This document shows positions 54,358 through 64,000 of a DNA stretch of 64,000 nt, piece after piece; the stretch's first letter is position 1; every line of letters starts with the position of its first letter. The DNA is from Octopus vulgaris (lineage: Eukaryota), in contig OX597822.1 in NCBI GenBank assembly GCA_951406725.2, positions 85,188,001 to 85,252,000 on the forward strand, given 5' to 3'. The notes under the pieces were generated by a model. The model was not told the origin of the DNA. It saw only the letters and a list, made by a program, of their open reading frames with translations, and did no database searches. The position numbers and the translations under genes were made by a program.

Positions 54358-54518
54358 AAGGAGTGGCTGTGTGGTAAGTAGCTTGCTTACCAACCACATG
54401 GTTCCGGGTTCAGTCCCACTGCGTGGCATCTTGGGCAAGTGTCTTCTGCTATAGCCTCAGGCCGACCAATGCCTTGTGAGTGGATTTGGTAGATAGAAAC
54501 TGAAAGAAGCCTGTCGTA

Positions 54519-54556
<38 letters not shown>

Positions 54557-54790
54557 AGTGTGTATGTGTTTGTGTGTGTGTGTTTGTCCCCCTAGCATTG
54601 CTTGACAACCGATGCTGGTGTGTTTACGTCCCCGTCACTTAGCGGTTCGGCAAAAGAGACCGATAGAATAGGTACTGGGCTTACAAAGAATAAGTCCCGG
54701 GGTCGATTTGCTCGACTAAAGGCGGTGTTCCAGCATGGCCGCAGTCAAATGACTGAAACAAGTCAAAGAGTAAAGAGAAAAAGAGTAAGC
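54358..54790 (+). mobile_element. SINE family A, full-length reference copy; a degraded copy follows at ~54793-55000
   Basis: tRNA-like head, GTGGCATCTTGGGCAAGTGTC block, central (TA)n(TG)n, 3' stem-loop and GTAAAAGA-like tail. Confidence 0.92.
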
Positions 54791-55186
54791 TAGGCGCACG
54801 CAGGCGCGGCTGTGTAGTAAGAAGCTTGCTTCCGGGTTCAGTCCCACTGTGTGGGCAAGTGCCTTCTTTTATATTCTCGATCGACCAGTGGATTTGGTAA
54901 GCGAAAACTAAAAGAAGCCCGTCGTGCATATATATATATCTGTATAAGTCTATGTCTATGTGTCTTTGTGTCTGTGTTTGTTCACTCCCCGCATCACCGC
55001 TAATTGGACAACGTTCTCCATTAGCTGAAGATAAAAAAAAAAGCTGTACCCCTTCATATATACATTTAAGACAAATGAAGTGTAAACAACAAAAAATGGA
55101 TGTATACATATATACATACATACATGTATATATGTATATATATATCTATATTTATATTTATATATGTATGTGTGTCTATATAGTTA

Positions 55187-55315
<129 letters not shown>

Positions 55316-55324
55316 TGATTGATT

Positions 55325-55379
<55 letters not shown>

Positions 55380-55809
55380 TGATAATCATAGTTATAATTC
55401 TTCATTGTGTGTTGGTATAATGAAATGCTTAACAGATATTAATCGTATGGGTTCTATCTGAAGATACGCTTGATTGATCTGTCGGTGTGAATAAGAAGGA
55501 TATTTGCCAAGCGTATGATGAGCGTGAGATATTTGGCACTTGTTGGCTTGTTCTAACGGTCTCACTAACGTAAACAAGCGATACGCGTGCGTTTATGTAT
55601 CTAGGCATATACATGCATACATGCATGCATACATACGTACATACATACATACATACATATATACATACATACATACATATATATATATACATATATAAAT
55701 GTATATATGTATATATATGCATGTATGTATGAATGTATGTATGTATGTATGTATGTATGTATGTACGAGTATGTGTGTATGTGTGTAGGTAGGTATGTAT
55801 ATATATATG

Positions 55810-55868
<59 letters not shown>

Positions 55869-55875
55869 GTGTGTG

Positions 55876-55906
<31 letters not shown>

Positions 55907-55909
55907 GTG

Positions 55910-55988
<79 letters not shown>

Positions 55989-56093
55989 ATATACATACGC
56001 ATATGCATGTATTATATATTGATAGAAAAATATAATAACCATCACGCAGACACACACACACATATATATACACACACAGACACATATATATAT

Positions 56094-56163
<70 letters not shown>

Positions 56164-56255
56164 ACGAGTGATTAGAGAAACGAAAGAAGAGCCCTCATCA
56201 CATTCAATGGGAGTTAGATGCATAGATTAAAAGCGTTTGGTTCAAACTCATTGGT

Positions 56256-56501
56256 ACTCTGAGTTTAAAGCGTGTGGCTAGTCTTCTGCCATTGGGGTCT
56301 GAATGAGAGATCGACTGAAAAGAGTCAGTGTTTAGTATTGGACGTTAGCTTGCGATTGGCCGAGGAAGGTCGTTAATACTGCGTGACCTTTCTAGACCGA
56401 ACGCAGGCTAACGTTCAGTAATAAGCATGGGCTCTTTTCAATTGATCTCTCATTCAGACCCCAATGGCGGAAGACTAGCCACACACTTGAAACTCAGAGT
56501 A
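56256..56501. repeat. ~70-bp inverted repeat pair with ~105-bp spacer (MITE-like)
   Basis: TACTCTGAGTTT...GGCTAGTCTTCTGCCATTGGGGTCTGAATGAGAGATC..GAAAAGAG versus CTCTTTTC..GATCTCTCATTCAGACCCCAATGGCGGAAGACTAGCC...AAACTCAGAGTA. Confidence 0.8.
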
Positions 56502-56665
56502 ATAAGGATTCGGGATCAAGCTGTTTTGAACTATATAACTATATATATATATATATATATTTGTATTTCGAGATGGTCTTTTTTTTTCTTTTGCCAAATA
56601 AACACACGCACTGTATATTTTTTCTTCACTCGTTTATTAGTGTTCTTATTTTATTAATTTAACTC

Positions 56666-56719
56666 ATGTCGATTGCCCGGAAATCTTTCGTCACACATCT
56701 GTGACCTCTTCAGCGACAC
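56666..56719 (-). ncRNA. Degenerate hammerhead-like motif
   Basis: GTGTCg-CTGAAGA-gGTCACA gatg TGTGAC-GAAA-gatttccgggcaa-TC-GACAT; helix III is imperfect. Confidence 0.45.
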
Positions 56720-56799
56720 TTTTTGTGTATGTTCTTACTCACTCTATTTTCTGAGAATAAATATATACAAATCATAAAAAAGACATAAAAGTATACAGT

Positions 56800-57915
56800 A
56801 ATGTTTCTCCGTCTTGGATTTTCACCTATCGCGTTTTGGTTTGGAACATAACACCCACGATATTCGAATGATTACTGTGTGTATATATATATATATACAG
56901 ACACACATTTATTTGATCATGTCGCCACAACTTGTAATGGTTTGGGGCAAGTCTAGGGCACACGTTCGTGATATAGGCAATGGTTTTATCCACCCTGTTG
57001 CAGATGCGGCACAGCGGAAACACTTTCTCATTCCTAAGGTTGACCTCCAGTTCGTGACCAAAGCTTAATCTTTCGCTGCCAGCATAGTGCTCGGTTTCTC
57101 TTTTTAGTGTTCCTTTCATCCTTCTATTTTTTTCTAGCAACTTCTGTTGCGGTTGCATGGAATTAATCGTGTAGTCCCTTCTTGCGTAATTCTTCCTCAT
57201 GTCCTTTTTGCACATTTTCCTTTGTCTTCCCTTTTTTCTCTGCTCTTAATACTCCCTCGTTCCTAAGTGTCACTAGCAAGGTTTCCTTACTTTGGGTTAG
57301 GTATCTCATTGAGCTCTCGAGTTCGATACGTACGCAGTCTTCCACACGTATCAGTCCTCTTCCTCCATTTGCTCTCTTCGTGTATAAGAGATCAATGTCT
57401 GCACGTGGATGATGAGTTCTATGCAGCGTTAGAAGCTTTCTTGACTTCCTGTCCATCTCATTTAGTTCCTCCTCTGTCCACTTCCGTATTCCAGCGCCAT
57501 ACCAAACTACTGAACTTGTGCGCGAGTTTATTGCCGAAATTATGTTTCTGTCATTCAGCTTTGAAGTCAATATTCTTCTCACTTTCCGCAGGTATTCTCG
57601 TTTTGTCTTTTCCTTCATGTCATGGTGTTTGATTCCATCTGCGTCAAGTATTCCCAGGCATTTCCTTATTTCACTACTTGGCAACCATATGCCTTCTGTC
57701 CTGACAAGCTTTCCTTGTCTCATCACCATCGTAGCATATCTTGAGAGTCCAAACTCCATCTTAATATCATTGGATAAAATCCGCACAGACGGGACTAGGG
57801 TATTCACTTCTACCTCAGTTTTTGTGAATAGCTCCAGGTCGTCCATGTATAGCAAGTGGTTCAGTTTTCCCAGATCATATCCCAACTTTGTTTTCTGTAG
57901 TATTTTACTCAAGGG
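56800..57915 (-). mobile_element. R4/Dong-clade LINE fragment (RT domains 5-9, CCHC, RH motif)
   Basis: LNHLLYMDDL, DIKMEFGL, RRILTSKLN, DRKSRKLL, GGRGL, CRIC....TI.YI..VC..LA...Y..RHD. Confidence 0.9.
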
Positions 57916-57964
57916 ATTATTATTGCTGTTGTTGTAATTTCGAGATGAAAGCTAACGTAGAACT

Positions 57965-58450
57965 TTCATTTATCACATTGCTCGATTGTTAAAGGGCAGT
58001 GAGTGTCTGACCATATTCCAAATGCCAAAGCCCTAATCTTGGTCTTTCCTTGACCCAGGATTGCAGTTCTGCCAAAGAGGTGAGTTGCAGAAAAGCGTGT
58101 CTTACAAACGGAGACCACACCGTTTTGCCATCTAGAAAAATCTGTAAGTGGCGCAGCCACAGCGCGGGTGTTTACATTAGCGTGTGTGTACATGGCATGC
58201 CAAGCCCGCCTTCTAGAGGGCGGTAGCAATAGATGGACCTCTTGACCAGTGGAATGCGTCCTTTCCACAGTAAGCGAAAAAGTAAATGCTCCAGTACAGC
58301 CAAACGTGGACTGGGCAAGCTCCACTGTGTATCGCTGCGATCCAGCCACTGAAAACGTGTCCGAAGCTGGCTGCGTTTAGGAAAGCTACCAAGTAGCGAT
58401 AGTCGGTCCTACCGAAGGCTTTTGTGTGATCCCACCGATGCCAGATGAAT
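57965..58450 (-). mobile_element. Tx1/L1-type LINE RT fragment, internally deleted
   Basis: DHTKAFGRTDYRYLVAFLNAASFG (D..KAFDRV) and, in another frame, LFRLLWKGRIPLVKRSIYCYRPLEGGLGMP. Confidence 0.8.
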
Positions 58451-58724
58451 TTGTGAAAGGATGGATAACTGTGGTCAAAATGGTTTGAGTGAATCTGCGC
58501 ATGCAGATTAGAGAGCAACAGTTGAAAGAAGCTTGTAACTTTGGTAGTCAAAGTAATCCTGGATCTGTGGTGCTTCTTGATAGGCCCTAATTGAATACAT
58601 TTATCTCATTTCACAATCTTTTCCATTTCCTTCTCCTTATTTTAATGTAACGCCACCTACTAAATTATAGACAGTCATTGTCATGACTCTTTCCTCTATG
58701 CCTCTGTGAATGATAAAAGAAAGA

Positions 58725-58930
58725 TGGCGCGCTGGCAGAATCGTTAGCGCGCAGGGAAAACGCTTAGCGGCATTTCGCCTGTCGCTACGTTCTGAGTTCA
58801 AATTCCGCCGGGGTCGACTTTGCCTTTTATCCTTTCGGGGAGGTTAAAATAAGTACCAGGTCGATGAAAGTACTGGAATCGATGAAGTCGACTATCCCCT
58901 TCCCCCCATCTACCTAGAGTAGAAAGGATT
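58725..58930 (+). mobile_element. SINE family C (single domain)
   Basis: GGCGCGCTGGCAGAATCGTTAG...GAGTTCAAATTCCGCCGGGGTCGACTTTGCCTTTTATCCTTTCGGG. Confidence 0.85.
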
Positions 58931-58939
58931 ATTATCATT

Positions 58940-59510
58940 ATTTCGCTTGTGTATACCAATTTTGTTAGATATTTTGTCTTGAGGTTTGGCGACAAAAAGT
59001 CTCCTCAAATCTCAAGAATTTTTCATAGGTTTCAAGCATAATATAGAATGGTACTTCTCTGCAGGTCGGTAATGCGAGTTTCAGTTCTAATTTCTTTCAG
59101 TCTTTTAGGTAGCATTTTGGATTTTTGTGCCAAGTGCACCAATTACTACAGAAATAATTGTCTTGGTTTTCCACAGTCTTTTCCGCTCGCCGGCTGGATC
59201 TTGATTTTGTAAATTGTTTTCAATTTCTATATCGACCCTGCTATTATAGGGAATTGCAAAATCTATGATTTTACACTATTTGTTTATTTTTGTCGTCTAT
59301 AATCATATCTGGTCTTCTTGCTTCAATAGTGTGGCAGTCTTTATAGAAAAGTCCCGCAAGTTCTTGAGATTCTCATTTATACTACTTTTGCGCTAGTATA
59401 CTGCACTCACTCAAAATGTGATTGATATTCTTGTCTCCTTTCCTGCAGATTCTACATTTGCAGTCTGACTGAGTTTTGTCGATCTTTGCCTTTATCAGAT
59501 TTCGGCCTAC
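58940..59510 (-). mobile_element. R4/Dong-clade LINE 3' end (CCHC plus PD-(D/E)xK endonuclease)
   Basis: KCRICRKGDKNINHILSECSILA; RRPDMII; KIIDFAIP; VVIGALG. Confidence 0.85.
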
Positions 59511-59532
59511 GCGAGAGAGCAGCACACGCCTG

Positions 59533-59571
<39 letters not shown>

Positions 59572-59574
59572 TTT

Positions 59575-59615
<41 letters not shown>

Positions 59616-59616
59616 G

Positions 59617-59900
59617 AGGGTGCATGGCGTAGTGGTTAAGGTGTTGCACTCACGATCGCTAAACTGATTTCAATTCGTAGGCCGGGTGGTGTGTTGTGTT
59701 TTTGAGTAAAGCACTTCGTTTCGCGTTGCTCTGTAATCACTTCGACATCTGACGCATGGCACAGCGTTCACCTGTTCAAACAATTCCGATTTGATGGAGA
59801 GAGTGAGCTAATGTACAGAAACACACATAAGAACACTAGAAACAAATCCTCCTGTGCAGATCGTTCAGCAAAGATAAACGCTCACACGTCGCCTTCGACG
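59617..59900 (+). mobile_element. tRNA-derived SINE with family D-related head
   Basis: TGGCGTAGTGGTTAAGG A-box and TGTGTTTTTGAGTAAAGCACTT block. Confidence 0.7.
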
Positions 59901-60002
59901 AAAGAGTCCATCACATACATACATATATACATAAGTATATAACATACATACATACATTCATACATACATACACACACGCATACATGTGTATACAGACACA
60001 CA

Positions 60003-60060
<58 letters not shown>

Positions 60061-60493
60061 TAAACAAACCCGGTGGCTTGATAAGTTACACAGAAAAAAA
60101 AAACGACTATTAATACTAAAGTGTTTTATACAATGATAACAATAACAACAACAACAACAACAACAACTGCGGCGGCAGCGGTAGCAGCAGCAACAACAAC
60201 AACAACAATAATAATGATAATGATAATATATCTCGACAATTTATATCTAAACAATAATAATATATCAAAACAGTGTATCTAAACGATTTATATATAAACA
60301 AGTTATGTAAACAATTGATTGAAAGTTAGCTCATCACTTTTCAGTGAATTGTTTAGATAAATGTGGTTTTAAATCGGAGAATATATATTACTATTATTAT
60401 GTGTTATTATTGTGTATATATACATACTATATGTATATAGATGTGTATATATATGTATGTATATATATTTATATATATATATATACAGATATG

Positions 60494-60556
<63 letters not shown>

Positions 60557-60621
60557 ACGTATATATATATACATATAGTTATATATATATATATATATAC
60601 AAACATATATGCATATATATA

Positions 60622-60718
<97 letters not shown>

Positions 60719-60721
60719 TTT

Positions 60722-61075
60722 CTTTTTACTTGTTTCAGTCATTTGACTGCGGCCATGCTGGAGCACCGCCTTTAGTCGAGCAAATCGACCCCGGGACATA
60801 TTCTTTGTAAGCCCAGTACTTATTCTATCGGTCTCTTTTGCCGAACCGCTAAGTGACGGGGACGTAAACACACCAGCATCGGTTGTCAAGCAATGCTAGG
60901 GGAACAAACACAGACACACAAACATATTCACACACACTTATATATATATATACATATATACGACAGGCTTCTTTCAGTTTCCGTCTACCAAATCCACTCA
61001 CAAGGCATTGGTCGGCCCGGGGCTATAGCAGAAGACACTTGCCCAAGATGCCACGCAGTGGGACTGAACCCGGAA

Positions 61076-61078
<3 letters not shown>
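60722..61078 (-). mobile_element. SINE family A, 5' tip replaced by (TA)n
   Basis: Near-identical reverse complement of 54398-54770. Confidence 0.92.
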
Positions 61079-61147
<69 letters not shown>

Positions 61148-61302
61148 TCTAATTTAGCAAAACTGTCCGGCGAAGGGGAACGTGAAATTCCGAGTAACAG
61201 GTTTTGTTGAATTTCTGCTGCTTTTAAATAAAACATATTACTCTACCCCTGTTATTTGAGTACTCTTTTTTCCACCTTGTTTCACATTTATGTGTTTACT
61301 CC

Positions 61303-61371
<69 letters not shown>

Positions 61372-62101
61372 GCCTATACATATATATATATATGGAAAAA
61401 TGGAAAGGTGAAAGGCAGTGCCCTTCGCATTTTACAGACCCTCTTTTTTCTGAAACGATAAACTACAACACCAGTCCCGAAACTAGTGTTGTTCTTATCG
61501 ACAAAGCCACCTCCCCTAAAAAGAAATTACTGGCCTGGTGTTTAATTCAGATATTCTTCTTATTCTTATTCTTCATCTTGTTACTTTTCATGTTCTAATG
61601 ATTCCTTGCTGTTAATGCTTTCGTTATTGTTGTTTTCGTTGCTGCTCGTTGCACGTTCCTCTCAACAGCTGTTGTTTCCCTTGGCTGTTGTTCTCCACCC
61701 TCACTTTTATTTCTTTTTGCTCTTTGTTTTTAGTCTAATATCACCGTCATAATAACATCATCATCATCACCATAATCATCATCAAAATCTTAATCATCGT
61801 CGTCATCGTCATGAACCCCAGTGCTACCTGTTGCAGCAGCAACAGCAGCAACATGAACAACAGTAGGTATTCAATGAGGACCACCAGTAAGAGCACCGAC
61901 ATCACCTCAGCCACCACCGTGACTGCAACAGCTGCAGCACAACTCCTACCATCACCACCACCATCACCATCACTACAAGCAACATCAATAGGAAGCCAAC
62001 GAGGAAGCTTCTAAGAGATCGTTCAGTTGCTAGAAATAGCAGTAAATTATCCCTCAAATTACGATCAAATCGTCAGAGAAAATAATAATGTTGGTGATGG
62101 T

Positions 62102-62256
62102 GCAGGCGCGGCTGTGTGGTAAGAAGCTTGCTTCTCAACTTCATGGTTCTGGGTTCATTCCCACCACATGGCATCTTGGACAATGTTTTCTATCATAGCT
62201 TCGGGCCCCAAAGCCGTGTGAATGGATTTGGTAGATGGAAACTGAAAGAAGCCAAT

Positions 62257-62260
<4 letters not shown>
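62102..62260 (+). mobile_element. SINE family A head
   Basis: GCAGGCGCGGCTGTGTGGTAAG...GGAAACTGAAAGAAGCC. Confidence 0.8.
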
Positions 62261-62293
<33 letters not shown>

Positions 62294-62356
62294 GTGTGTG
62301 TGTGTGTGTGTCTATATATGTATATATGTATATATATTTGTATATATTTACATATT

Positions 62357-62397
<41 letters not shown>

Positions 62398-62925
62398 AGG
62401 AGATTCGTTATTGTTATATTCTTATACCTATAACGAATCTCCTCAAATACTCTTTTTACCTGTTATGGCTGATTTTCATGAATATGGTGAATCCTTATTA
62501 GAAATCACCCCTTCTTTCTTTTTGGATCCCCTAAAAAGTTTGAAATGTTCTTTTTGAATTTGAACTTACGTTTTCTCATATATATATATATAGTTAATCC
62601 AAACAAGAAAACACAGAAAAAAACACAGCAACGCGAGGACGTGGAACAATTAAAGTATTATTTGACGCTCAGGAAAGAAGGGATATATATATATATATAT
62701 ATATTCGAGGCTTTCTTCCAAGGAATCTAATGCGCTTGGCTTATATTTTCCTTTGGGGCTGACCAGGTCGGAGCAATCTCAAAATTAATCAGCCGAAATT
62801 GCGAAGATGATCCGGTTTTTGACTGAAGATCGAAGGCTTCGAATGTCCCGCCCGTTTTTTTTTTTGTATCGTCTTCTAAATGTTTTGCGTTCTTGTCCCA
62901 GTTTGTGTTTTTTTTACATTTATCC

Positions 62926-62963
<38 letters not shown>

Positions 62964-62970
<7 letters not shown>

Positions 62971-63661
62971 TTTCTGCTTTTTACCCTTCTGTCCGGCATT
63001 CGTCATGATAGATCGCTAGCCACTATACATTCTTTATTGTTTCTCCTTGTTTCTTTCTGTGTTCCTGTTGTGGAAGAGCGTAGGCTGGAAACGTTAAAGA
63101 CATTTTCGCTTCCCGAGCGTTAAACTAATACATTTGTTTGGTGTCTACACCACCTGTCTTCGTCTTTTGTTTTTGTTTTTGTTTTGTGAATTCTCCCCGT
63201 ATATTACACGCTCACGTGGTCGCACCAGTTGATCCTGTCTCCTCTCATTACCCAACGAACTTTTACGGATTCTCTACCTGGACTTTCTACTACACTTCAG
63301 GTGCACCTCTCCTGTCCATGGATTACACTGGACTCCTCTGTTGATGAAAAATCGCTCCAATACACCACGATGTTCGAAGTTTTTGAACCTTTTGAACTTT
63401 ACGTAACTCTTTTATACTTTCTAAACTTTTTATGCACTTTCTGCTTTTTACCCTTCTGTCCGGCATTCGTCATGATAGATCGCTAGCCACTACACATTCT
63501 TTATTTTCTCTCCTTGTTTCTTTCTGTGCTCCTTTCTGTAGAAGAGCGTAGGCTGGAAACGTTAAAGACATTTTCACTTCCTGAGCGTTAAACTAATACA
63601 TTTGTTTGTTGTCTACAACACCTGTCTTCGTTTTTGTTGGTTTTTTTTTGTGAATTCTCCC
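62964..63661 (+). mobile_element. pLTR-spacer-pLTR element: ~232-bp direct repeats (62964-63197, 63431-63661), each with a hammerhead-like motif
   Basis: Repeats TATGCACTTTCTGC...GTGAATTCTCCC; motif GAAGAGCGTAGGCTGGAAACGTTAAAG ends at 63099 and 63567. Confidence 0.82.
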
Positions 63662-63662
63662 T

Positions 63663-63723
63663 GGCGGTGCCCCAGCATGGCCACAGCTCATAAGCTGAAA
63701 CTAGAATCAATCAATCAATCAAT
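63663..63723 (+). mobile_element. Extremely 5'-truncated CR1-group LINE or SINE tail
   Basis: GGCGGTGCCCCAGCATGGCCACAGCTCATAAGCTGAAAC plus (AATC)n. Confidence 0.75.
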
Positions 63724-63829
63724 ATATATATAACCGAGTTACTTCTGTATTAAATGAATTTGAGAAAAAGAGGAGATAAAGCACGATTTATTCGTGATTA
63801 GAGCTGCTCGAAAACCGAGGTAGTACCGT

Positions 63830-64000
63830 ATGTGTGTGTGTGTGTATTTGTGTGTCTGTGTTTGTACCCCCACCATCGCTTGACACCGATGTTGGTGTGT
63901 TTACGTCCCCATAACTTGGTTCGGCAAAAGTAACAGATAGAATAAGTACCAGTGCTTACAAAGAATAAGTCCAGGGGTCGATTTATTCGACTGAAGGTGG
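63830..64000 (+). mobile_element. SINE family A 3' half, running off the window
   Basis: CATCGCTTGACACCGATGTTGG...AAGAATAAGTCCAGGGGTCGAT. Confidence 0.88.

Noticed and set aside
61143-61305. TA-flanked insert with CCGGCGAAGGGGAA..TTCCGAG, a possible decayed hammerhead
   Set aside because: Both core strands are too mutated and helices I and III cannot be drawn.

Overview
AT-rich, microsatellite-saturated animal DNA; the SINE families and the (TA)n/(CA)n/(TATG)n/(GATA)n load point to a coleoid cephalopod, most likely Octopus (inference). There is no intact host gene; nearly all ORFs in the track are microsatellite read-throughs. Recognisable content: three 5'-truncated CR1-group LINEs stacked in one (TA)n tract, RTE, R4/Dong and Tx1/L1 LINE relics, a Penelope-like element (RT thumb plus GIY-YIG) with Asn-rich inserts, a hATm-like transposon, a mariner/maT relic, a non-autonomous Helitron, several MITE/foldback elements, many tRNA-derived SINEs of about five families and a 100-N gap. 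Three signals stand out. (1) About a dozen hammerhead-ribozyme motifs, several with non-canonical cores, sit in small (TA)n-associated elements built from direct or inverted pLTR-like repeats (Penelope-derived or retrozyme-like). (2) The dominant SINE shares a covarying 3' stem-loop tail with a local CR1-group LINE. (3) Small phase-compatible + strand exons (49 nt, then 9- and 12-nt microexon candidates) lie among unique islands and may be the 5' end of a Pax2/5/8-like developmental gene.
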